Shown piece by piece: positions 38,201-56,981 of a stretch of 64,000 nucleotides of DNA. The translations under genes and the position numbers were made by a program. The notes beneath the pieces were generated by a model. It saw nothing but the letters and a program-made list of their open reading frames with translations. It did not search any database and had not been told where the DNA came from. How positions within the stretch are numbered: position 1 is the first letter of the stretch; every line of letters starts with the position of its first letter. The stretch is from Hormiphora californensis (taxonomy: Eukaryota > Animalia > Ctenophora): the NCBI GenBank assembly GCA_020137815.1, contig CM035355.1, forward strand, positions 2,418,001 through 2,482,000, written 5' to 3'.

Positions 38201-40087
38201 CAACAAACTAACCTGCTCCAAATGATGGAGAAGAGTGTGACCCAGATGCAACAAACTAACCTGCTCCAAATGATGGGGAAGAGTGTCACCCAGATGCAAC
38301 AAACTAACCTGCTCCAAATGATGGAGAAGAGTGTCACCCAGATACACATGGCCAGGGCGTAGTAGGGAGTGGCAGCATTGTCTGATGCCTGGTTCAGGTC
38401 CGATGCAGGTCCTGTTACCTCTACAGAGGGTGATGCTAATCCGTAGATAAACGTTATCAGACCTGTCAAAATGCCGTTATGTTATTACCGTTACATTATT
38501 ACCGTCATGACCTTGGCTTCGTTTTGCCGTGCTGCGCGCGGCTAGTGTTATAGGGGTGACTGCATCACCAAGTCATGACCTCATAATATTGTCGTATGAG
38601 AGTTTAGAGTAGATATTTAAATTGAAAAGAAAGTTGTCTGTGGTAGTAATTGGTGACTTACCGAAAATGAGAGGTAGAGGGAGAGCGTTGGACAGCCAAG
38701 CGGACCGCCATGCAAATACAAATCCCAGTTCCTCGCCTAGGTAGTTCCTGAGAGACGTTACAGAGAGGGATTGGAACCAGGTGGAAAATCCAATTCCCGT
38801 TATGTCCTTTAACTCGGCCACCTGGGGAATGAGATAACGTGGTATAATATCACGCCTGGGAATGAGTTTCACGTGGTATAATCACGCCTGGGAATGAGTT
38901 TCACGTGGTACAAAATCACGCCTAAAATTACATGTAGTAGCAATCACCATGTCAGTACTAAATTATGGGTGTATCTTGTACCAGTTGTATAATGGGGGGG
39001 AGACACACTGAAGTTGAGCGCGCTCGTTCAAATCTCAACCTCGCGACACACACTGAAGTTCGAAGTTCGAAGTTTTGCGAAAACCCAATTTCGGATGAGA
39101 AATCATTTGTTAGAGGCTAACTTATTTACTATTACATCTCTCGAGGTGTCCTTTATCCATACTGAGTCAATTTCACCGTTTTTGAAATTTTTGGCTAATC
39201 CGGTCACAGTTGTCCCAATTCACCAAAAATTTTTAAAAACGGTGAAATTGACCCGGTATTGATAAAGGACACCTCGAGTACTAGTAAACAAACTAGCATC
39301 TTACAAATGATTTCTCAGCCGAAAATGGGTTTTCGCGAAACTTCGAACTTTTCCGCGAAACTTCAAACCGCGAAACTTCAGTGTGTGTCGCGAGGTTGAG
39401 AGTTGAACAAGCGCGACCAACTTCAGTGTGTCTCCCCCCATGTACATTTAAAACACGTGGTACAATATACACGTGGTACATCTTGTAAAGGGTACTGCAT
39501 ACCTCTTCCTGATCATGAAGTACAAAGAACTCCTCTATGTGACCATTGCTCTGTAACCACCGCAACCCCCTGTACTCCTTGGTAGCGGGGAATATGCCCG
39601 GTGGAGCTATCTGGGTCAGGTCAATGTTGGAGACAAGGTCGAATACGAGCATGCTACGAATTCTCGAGCTCGCCAGGGGGTCGTCGCCGTGAAAGGTATG
39701 CTTTGCAACATGTGCCCGGTACTGTTCCCGGAAGGGGATTTTGAAGAATCCTGACAGGAGGCAGGGTGAGAAATAGTGTTTCACCTTGTCACCCATACTC
39801 TGCACCCGGCCCCCATCCGCCCTAATGTTTAGGGGTACTGCCACTTTCAGCTTCTCTGCGTGTTTTGAAAGGGTCTCCCGGGGAGCGGAAATAACATAAA
39901 ACATTCTCCCGGTTGTGTCATAGTCATCGGAGCGTTTCAACTGGACATCAAGCTTCTCAGATTGTTGGAGTGCGTTGTAAAATACAGTTGAGAAGTCGTT
40001 CTGCTTGGTGACAACTACCAATGTGGGGATAAATCCAGTGTCTCCTATCATCTCTTCCATTTCATGGTGTTCAGACCGCTGCGGCAT
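35210..40087 (-). CDS. Divergent anoctamin/TMEM16 family protein, about 9 exons; one +1 frameshift near 36665-36700
   Basis: FFVLHD, LRNYLGEELGFVFAW, KLTNFERHYFES, FCAEGKCSQAISYQ, QYGFVVMFAASFPLAPL..RLD, QRRSVPRRQEGIGCW, stop at 35210-35212. Confidence 0.9.
37417..37533. repeat. 31-bp tandem repeat x4 spanning an anoctamin splice acceptor
   Basis: Unit gaaggagtaaatgtacttgaacctgaaatgg contains minus-strand tttcag|gttcaag. Confidence 0.85.
38061..38343. repeat. 48-bp tandem repeat x6 spanning an anoctamin splice donor
   Basis: Motif ctaacctgct (minus strand agcag|gttag) at 38064, 38112, 38160, 38208, 38256 and 38304. Confidence 0.92.
38994..39439. mobile_element. ~445-bp palindromic MITE in anoctamin intron 1
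   Basis: TIR ggggggagacacactgaagttg; nested inverted repeat at 39141-39278. Confidence 0.82.
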
Positions 40088-40589
40088 TACAAAATCTCAA
40101 AGCAAATTATGACAGCCAAACGTACCAAATACTATATTTATACTAGTATATGACACTCAAACGACCCAAATTTGTTTATGTGACAGCCAAACGCACGAAA
40201 TATGAATCTCGACTGTAGAATGAACGCATCTGGTATCACACGTGTAACAACAATGCTAGAGATAGCGGGGAGGAAGGTCGAGTTCTAGAGAGATTGTGTT
40301 GCACGGCAACCCCACAAAGTGACACTGATATTGGGTTACACAACATCACATACACACACATAATTGCAGAAGCTGGGAATGAATCTTAGTAGGGGGTAGT
40401 CGATAATAAGAAGAGGGGTTTCTTGCAGCTTTCAGTATAAAGTATTTAATGTACATTGTACACAGAGTACATTTCGTATATTGATCGCAAGGCATGAGAA
40501 TTCTGCCGGAGGTTTCAGTTGAACGGGTTTGTCATCCAGGAAATCTCAAAACATGGGGGTTCCCGGTTTGTAACCATAGTCTCGGGGCT

Positions 40590-40660
40590 GTGAGCAGCGA
40601 AGATCCAATGAAGATCGGTGATTGTCAATCACCGATCTTCATTGGATCTTCGCTGCTCAC
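40590..40660. repeat. Perfect palindrome with 35-bp arms and a 1-nt centre
   Basis: gtgagcagcgaagatccaatgaagatcggtgattg-t-caatcaccgatcttcattggatcttcgctgctcac. Confidence 0.95.
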
Positions 40661-40965
40661 ACCCCACTGGTCGCAAACCAAAGTAAACGCTTTGACATCA
40701 GATTACAAAATACGGGCAAGATCTCCCTCGAGCCAAGATAGTAGGATGCTCTCGGGCAAGGATGGTAGTACGCTCTCGGGTATGAAAATGCCTCTGTCTC
40801 ACTCACTCTACAAAACAGTCACAAACGGACAAACCACGTGATATATCTACGTGCCAGAAACACCTAAGAACCAAAGTTCTGTGCTACTGTCGACACTATG
40901 ATCCCTGTAAAAGAGGCGATGCTATCAGACAGACCCGTCTGACTGACTTTCTCTATGACTTTCTC

Positions 40966-41723
40966 TAGGGTAAGCTGGGGTGAAATGGCCCGCGGGGTAA
41001 AGTGGCCCATGTATGGGGCAAAGTGGCCCTAGTTATTACATGTGGTCACGTGACTTTTTCTCCAGCGGAGACCTGCTCGTTCTGTTCCGAATTTTCGCTT
41101 TAAAACTGCTGTCATTTCTGTTTGGGTTGGCCGATTTTAATTTTGCAAAAACTGCCAGTTAGGCTTTATAATTCTCTAAAACGTGGTATAAAAATTTTTG
41201 AAGAAATTGGCATTTTTGTTTTCTTAATTGTCAATTTTGTGAAATCGGGGCAAATATGGCCCACTCTCCGGGGCAAAGTGGTCCGGTCTGGGGCAAAGTG
41301 GCCCACCTCTAGGACCAATGAAATGGCGCCTGCAATACCACGTGATATTGGAATGCACAAAAATGTAGTACAGACGATCAAATTAGGGGCAAAGTGGCCC
41401 ATGTTCCGGTGCAGAACATGGGCCACTTTGCCCCTAGTTTGATCGTTTCGTCTAACAACACCAGGCACGTGATAAAATCGAGCAATGCTATTGGCTTGGG
41501 CCACTTTGCCCCGGTGCAAATTTTCCAAAAAACGCCTCACCAAATTATTTGAATTGATTAATTAACCCATTAAATAAAACTTGTAGATAATAAAATTTAG
41601 CTCGGCTGAAAGGAAAAGGTTTCATTGGATAGCCTATATAATTTTTTTCTTCCTGCTGTATAAATTGCGTATTTTAGAACCTAAAACGTTAAAAGTGGGC
41701 CACTTTTACCCCAGCTTACCCTA
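40966..41723. mobile_element. TA-flanked MITE with repeated ggggcaaagtggcc motifs
   Basis: tagggtaagctggggt ... accccagcttacccta; the motif recurs about 8 times in both orientations. Confidence 0.82.
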
Positions 41724-42237
41724 CTCAGTTCCCCACTCTCAACTCTGTGCTTCCTGGTAGTCTTAGTAAGGTCATTGTTCACACATCACTTCACATGAAT
41801 GGGAAACGTGACAACTAACCGCCAAAATCTAGGGAATGTTGAGAGGAAAGCATTGGCCTGACCCTATTCTCATTTCTTCAAACAAACTGTGGTCAGGGCA
41901 TTGGCCTGACATAGGGAAATGGATACCGGGGTAACATCTCTCATATTTCAAGTCCACCTCGTATGTCAATCTACTATTTCACATGGTTTTGAAATATAAG
42001 ATCGGCTATAAATGCTAGAAAATGAGTCAAAAATTCCAGCAGGTCCCATTCTATAGTTTTGTAATGTTGAAGTTAGTCTACAAAGTTGATCTTCGAAACA
42101 TCCGTGTTGTATGTTTCTCGGATTGTAGTAGTAGGTGTACTTAGTTACTATGACTGCCTGCAATAAATACGAATAGGGTCAGGCCAATGCTCTGACAGAT
42201 AACTGTATATACTAAATATACTAAATATACTAAATAT

Positions 42238-42346
42238 CGGGAACCGACCGCAAGAAGTAAACAACCAATCAGAACTCGTTATTTATGTCACGTGACTGGT
42301 TATCAGCCAATCAGGGACCAGTAGTTCCTGATTCGGTCGGTTCCTG
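42238..42346. mobile_element. hAT-like MITE, copy 3
   Basis: 8-bp TSD ctaaatat on both sides. Confidence 0.88.
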
Positions 42347-43513
42347 CTAAATATCCGACGTGGGGCGTGAGCCGTGAAACCCTTCAAGGGGTGTAATCAT
42401 TTGAAATTCTTACTATCAGGACATCCGACGTTTCTCCTTCATATGTTTGATACTTGTTCTCATACCATACGTCATAATGGCCCCGTAGAAATCATATATA
42501 TATTATATATACAGTACACGTGCCCCTGGGACGGTACGGAAATCCACGATAAGGTTTTGGATATAATGTTGAATATTGGTTTGCCTCTTAATAATATTTT
42601 GGGCTGTAGAATTAAGCCTTGTGGATACAGCACAGTTAGAGTGTTTGGTGACACTCCTGTCACGGCGTGTTTTCCACTCCTTGACACGGAGCTACACTGT
42701 CAGAGAATTGGCCTGACCCTAGTATCATTCGCGTGAGAACTGTGGTCAGAGCATTGGCCTGACAGGCGCTACATGATACACATAGCTCTACTGCATGATG
42801 CCATGATACATTGCAGCCCTTATGAAAACAAATTCAGCTGAACAACCTCGTACACAAACAGTGACGCTTCTTTGTTCTCTGTCGGACAGTCATTGGTTGT
42901 CGACTAGTGGTGATCTGTCGAGTGTCGCTCTCCATGCACTACTTACTCTCTCCAGATCAAACGCCAAACTTTCATCATCCGCACCTAAGGTCTTCTTAGC
43001 TGTCAGAGCATTGCAGCCTGATCAACCCTATTCTCATTTCTTTCCTATTCTGCACGCGGCCTAGAGCACGAGAACCGTGGTTAGAGCATTGGCCTGACAG
43101 CTTCTTTTGGTACTCACTACTCAGCTCCACCTTCGCGGGGCGTTCTTCCACATTTGCTGCTAAGTTCTCGGGTTTCAGGGGGCGTATAATTATATTTTAG
43201 CGACTACTGCACCTCCCCTTGATGAACCCTGATCAAATTTATTATCCAGCACGGTCATGTAGCAGCTGCACAAACATAGTGCCACGTACGGGACTATTCT
43301 TGCATAACGTCCTGTTGTCCTAACTAACAAATCCGTATCCCAGCGGTGAGCATTCATTCTGTTGTCATTAGATCTCCTTGAGTTGCCCAGCCACAGTATA
43401 GATTCTGTAGTCATGCTTTTCTTCTGAGCTCAAACTAGTTACTAGTATACTCTCCGGTACTCTGAGTTACATTCTTCTACTACAGTTAGGAGAGAAGTGG
43501 GGAAACGGAAAAC

Positions 43514-51632
<8,119 letters not shown>

Positions 51633-53067
51633 CATAGAGTGTGAGGTGTGGACGTGGTACTGGGACTGTGTGGTATTACTGGGACTGTGTGGTATTACTG
51701 GGACTGTTGTAACGAAATTGATTTTCATTATTAACAAATCACACAGTAACATGTTCTAGAAAGTGTGATTATTGATTCTTTTTCAGCTAGCTGTTTCTGA
51801 ATGATTTTATTAGATATTTGTTTTATTTTGTTAGCTGCAAAGTTAAAACTGGGGCGGTTGTTTCACGTCTGTGAGGCCAGTGTCCTGACAGATTCCGATT
51901 TATTGGAGGATAAACTTCCCGGCCGATAAAGGAAATTGGTCCAGAAATTGACACCATTATAGTTATACCGGAGAAAACCCCTTACCGATATTATAAACAG
52001 AGAAGTTGATGACAAGGGTCTTATTGAAACTGTAAGATACGAATATATACAGGAACGTAACCACTTAAGATAATCAAACATATAGCTAGGCCTGGGGAAA
52101 GGGGTAAGGGCTAGCAAGGTGGAGCGGAGTAATCTATTGAGTAAAATCAGAAGTGAGAAACTAGGGGTGGTGGCCTGGGTTAGCTCACGAGTCTTATCAG
52201 TCTGGGAACCGCACTAGCTGGGGTTTTAACATACATGTGACCTTTACTTAGAATTATCATCGATTGTATGACAAATCCCTCTTACAAAAATAATTAAAAA
52301 TTAAAATAAATTGTCCAAAAATTAAAATTGTTTCTTGCTGTAAATACATAAATCCTTTATGGCTGTTGAAGAGATGTAGGAGCTGTCGAAGAGCTGAATG
52401 TAGGTAGGAAAGGAACTTGAACAGGACTATACCATGGTGGACGATTAGGATAGGACTGTTTTGGATTAGATGTTCAAAAAGAATAACTATAGGAAAAGGT
52501 TGTGTTAGATCTTTTTGAAATTTGACAACAGCTGTAATCTTTATTAAAACTTGAACTTTAAAATTTGAAACTTTACTTTATAAATTAAATTTGAATAACT
52601 AAGTAGATTTACACACCTTTAATAACTTAAAACACTTGAAAAGTTCAGACGTCCAAATTCAACCGTGAAACTGTGTACATACACGTACAAACGACAGTCA
52701 ACAGCAATCTAGAGCTGCTGACAGAGTACAACGGCGAGACCACAAACACTAGTGGGAGGGGGAATGACGACTGAACGATACCTGCCACTGAACCCAATTC
52801 TGAACTGGGCTGCAGGATTTGTGACAAACAGTATGAATGAGCACCTGAATTACTCCTAATTCCTGAGTACTCTTTATAAGATCACACTATGGTGGGCGTG
52901 ATAGTGGTAATCACAAAGTCACGTAGCGCAAGAAAGGCATCTGAAAACAGCACTGCGGCTGATGAAAAGTACCCGTGAGTGACAGTGTGATTACTGAGGA
53001 GTGCAATACCTTGAAAGGTGCACGTGTAATGGTGAAACACCCGTGTTGTCAACTCAACACAAGACAA

Positions 53068-53562
53068 TCACTTACTTTTCTTAAGACCCAACTTAAGTTT
53101 AGGAAGTGGTTTCTTTAGTTGACTGTTACCTGAACTTGAAGGCTGCTTATCAATGTGATCACTCACAATAAAACTCTCTAAACGAGTGGTGTGACCGATA
53201 GTGATCTTGAGCTCGATTTCACCACGCATTGGGATGATCTTCTTGCCTAGACCTGAAATCATCCTGGATGTGGGCTTTATGCTTCCTGTAAGTCCTAAAA
53301 CGTGAACTAATCTGGTGGCAACCAGACTAACGTGAGCACCAGTATCTATTAGATAGTTTACTGGTCTGGACATGCAAAACCCATTCAATATAATATCTTT
53401 CTCGAGAGGACGAGCCTTATTCTTTCCAGAAGCACGCACAGAAGTTGGAGTGATGCTGGGAGAATGGTCAGTTTTGGGCTCTGTATTTGTAACTGACTGT
53501 GATTCGACTCTCGATCTTGAAAATCCTGTACCGTGACTGGAGTTGTGTGGAGTGAGGGACAA
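53068..53562 (-). pseudogene. Truncated retropepsin (pol N-terminus) in the -1 frame relative to gag
   Basis: YLIDTGAHVSLV active-site motif; similarity ends after FIVSDHID. Confidence 0.85.
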
Positions 53563-54440
53563 TCAATCATAAGATGAGTGTCTTTACCACACGCTAAACA
53601 CTTGAAAAATGGAACTTTATCTGACCTAGAAGGACTCCTTGAGTCGCGGTGACGTGATTGTGAATCGCATCTCCTTGATCGGTGAGGAGACCTGGATGGT
53701 GACCTGTATGATTGGTGCCTGTAACTGTTACGAGATCTATAATAATCAGGACTACGTGACCTACCTCCTGACTCTGAATAACGTACACTTTCTCCAATCT
53801 GGGATCGAGTGTAATTTACAACTGTACCTTGTTCTGTAGAAGCTGTAGGCGAGTCAAATATCTCTGAAGCACGCTCCAAATGTCTGGCCACACTCACGGC
53901 TTTCTTGAAGGTCTGTATGTCAGGATTCTCGCTGAGCTTCCTCCTCAAAACTGGATCAAAGATTCCGTTAAAGAACACGAGTAGACACTGTTCATCTGCT
54001 CTCTCTGGATGTCCATGATAGGCAACTGTAGAAATATTACGGAGACGATATGCGTAATCCGATATGCACTCTCCCTGCTCCTGGAAACACTCTGCAAGTT
54101 GACGTCGGAAATAAATTCTATCGTCATCAAACAGGAAATTCTTGAAAAACTGTATAAACTCTTGATAATTGGTTCGGTATTGATCTGGCAGAAAAGCTGT
54201 TTTAAGATGAGAAAACAACTTATCATCGGCAATGCAACTGTAGAAAACTGAAAGCAGTATATCTGGTTTCATACGACAAAGCTGTACATGTTCCTTGAAA
54301 CGCTCACAAAATATAACAAAGTTATCTCCCTTTTTGAAACAAGGGGGATCTTTACTGTACTGAAAATTCCCTATAGCAGTAGCTAAGTGACTATCGTTAA
54401 TTAATGAACCTGTAATTGACACATTCGTATCAGGCTCCAT
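53385..54440 (-). CDS. gag: Retrotransposon Gag with SR-rich tract and CCHC zinc knuckle
   Basis: QEQGECISDYAYRL, FFNGI, CLACGKDTHLMIDC. Confidence 0.88.
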   Translation of the reverse strand: MEPDTNVSITGSLINDSHLATAIGNFQYSKDPPCFKKGDNFVIFCERFKEHVQLCRMKPDILLSVFYSCIADDKLFSHLKTAFLPDQYRTNYQEFIQFFKNFLFDDDRIYFRRQLAECFQEQGECISDYAYRLRNISTVAYHGHPERADEQCLLVFFNGIFDPVLRRKLSENPDIQTFKKAVSVARHLERASEIFDSPTASTEQGTVVNYTRSQIGESVRYSESGGRSRSPDYYRSRNSYRHQSYRSPSRSPHRSRRCDSQSRHRDSRSPSRSDKVPFFKCLACGKDTHLMIDCPSLHTTPVTVQDFQDRESNHSQLQIQSPKLTILPASLQLLCVLLERIRLVLSRKILY

Positions 54441-55230
54441 TTATTATAAACAGAGAAGTTGATGACAAGGGTCTTATTGAAACTGTAAGATACGAATATA
54501 TACAGGAACGTAACCACTTAAGATAATCAAACATATAGCTAGGCCTGGGGAAAGGGGTAAGGGCTAGCAAGGTGGAGCGGAGTAATCTATTGAGTAGAAT
54601 CAGAAGTGAGAAACTAGGGGTGGTGGCCTGGGTTAGCTCACGAGTCTTATCATTCTGGGAACCGCACTAGCTGGGGTTTTAACATAAATGTGACCTTTAC
54701 CTAGAATTATCATCGATTGTATGACACCGATTCCCCCGAGCATCCCGGTAAATCTTGTCTGGCGCCGCGACCCCATCTGATTTGATTTTTGATTTTGATT
54801 TTCAAACTAAAAGGTCTACAATACAGGGACACAAACACGCGTAGATATAGACACACATAATATAGATATAAAGATAAATTTCCCTGTACAATAGAGCCAG
54901 ATAGCGGAGGGCTGTAGACAGCGCTTACACCTATCAAGAGAAATATTAAATCAATTTATAGAATATATGATATTTATAGTATTATCATAGTTATTAAATA
55001 GTAATTAATTTTATTGAGATTTGAGCATGAGCAGCCGCACGATGATAATGATCAACATGAGTAATAATGTTATGATGGTGCTTCTGCTATAATTGGAATA
55101 TTTCCAAGACCAAGAGAGAGTAAATAACACGAGAGCGCTATTGGCTAATGGTGGAGAGATCACATGTTCAACAATCAACACAAGCCAATAATTAGAGAGC
55201 AGTTAGGAACTGAAAGAATAGTTAGACAAT

Positions 55231-55532
<302 letters not shown>

Positions 55533-55802
55533 TGTGTATCAAAAATACGGAAAAAAATCATAAAATACAAAACACAAAAAGATCTTCTTGGCTAGGCGGC
55601 CCACAGTGTATCATCGCCAACTATTACGTTCCTACCCCGCCTTCCCCGGCTTAGGGTTACCCGTGGAACAGGCACCTTCCAGCCACCTGTGGACCTCCAA
55701 TGCCCCTTTATCTACTAACCCACTAACCAATCCTGATACTAATCTGCTAACCCCCTAAACCTCCCATTAATAGGGTACCGCTCCAGATAGGGTTCTACTT
55801 CG

Positions 55803-56690
55803 GAGAGGATCATTTTCCCCGTTCCGGAGAGGATAGTTTGCCCCGCTCCACAGAGGATAGTTGCCCCGATCCAGAGAGAATAGTATACCCCTTACCCCGC
55901 GCCTGAGAGGATAGTTTACCCCGCTCCACAGAGGATAGTTGCCCCGTTCCGGAGAGAATAGTATACCCCTTACCCCGCGCCTGAGAGGATAGTTTTCCCC
56001 GCTCCACAGAGGATAGTTGCCCCGTTCCGGAGAGGATAGTATACCCCTTACCCCGCGCCTGAGAGGATAGTTTACCCCGCTCCACAGAGGATAGTTGCCC
56101 CGTTCCGGAGAGGATAGTATACCCCTTACCCCGCGCCTGAGAGGATAGTTTACCCCGCTCCACAGAGGATAGTTGCCCCGTTCCGGAGAGGATAGTATAC
56201 CCCTTACCCCACACCTGAGAGGATAGTTTTCCCCGCTCCACAGAGGATAGTTGCTCCGATCCAGAGAGAATAGTATACCCCTTACCCCGCGCCTGAGAGG
56301 ATAGTTTACCCCGCTCCACAGAGGATAGTTGCCCCGTTCCGGAGAGAATAGTATACCCCTTACCCCGCGCCTGAGAGGATAGTTTTCCCCGCTCCACAGA
56401 GGATAGTTGCCCCGATCCAGAGAGAATAGTTGCCCCGATCCAGAGAGGATAGTTTACCCCGCTCCACAGAGGATAGTTGCCCCGTTCCGGAGAGAATAGT
56501 ATACCCCTTACCCCGCGCCTGAGAGGATAGTTTTCCCCGCTCCACAGAGGATAGTTGCCCCGTTCCGGAGAGGATAGTATACCCCTTACCCCGCGCCTGA
56601 GAGGATAGTTTTCCCCGCTCCACAGAGGATAGTTGCCCCGTTCCTGAGAGGATAGTTTACCCTGTTCCTGGGAGGATAGTTTACCCCATT
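55803..56690. repeat. 78-bp tandem repeat (~10 units, each of three gaggatagt-containing subunits) in the retrotransposon 5' UTR
   Basis: Visible periodicity; the antisense ORFs repeat a 26-aa unit. Confidence 0.92.
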
Positions 56691-56981
56691 CCTGTTAGAT
56701 CACAATGCTTCACATATATGTCCCCGTTCCAGATCCACCATATAGACATATAGATACACACCCGTACGCTGAAAGTGTCGGTTCGTGCTGAAAAGCTGCA
56801 AGGATGGCCGGGTAAACCATCCACTAACGGACCAAATGTGGCGGTGGGATTCCGTTACCGCTGTGCACCGGTGGCAGTGTTAAGACCCCCAAACCCGGCT
56901 CTTCTTCTAACAAACCGATGACTATGTATACACAGTGATTGGTTTGAAACTCACCCCCAAAACTTACTCATCTTATTCGAC

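Larger units (their letters stand above)
51859..54726 (-). mobile_element. Internally deleted Ty3/gypsy-type LTR retrotransposon
   Basis: 285-bp direct repeats at 51989-52273 and 54442-54726 (4 differences seen). The 3' LTR runs TG...CA (52273-51859), has AATAAA and is preceded by a purine tract (aagagggatt). gag and protease present; no RT, RNase H or integrase. Confidence 0.9.

Noticed and set aside
43110-43440. Coding-looking minus-strand segment (74-aa ORF)
   Set aside because: No motif or splice context supports it.
54752-54770. tggcgcc as a primer-binding site for the LTR element
   Set aside because: It is on the wrong strand and side for the minus-strand element and lies beside a MITE fragment.
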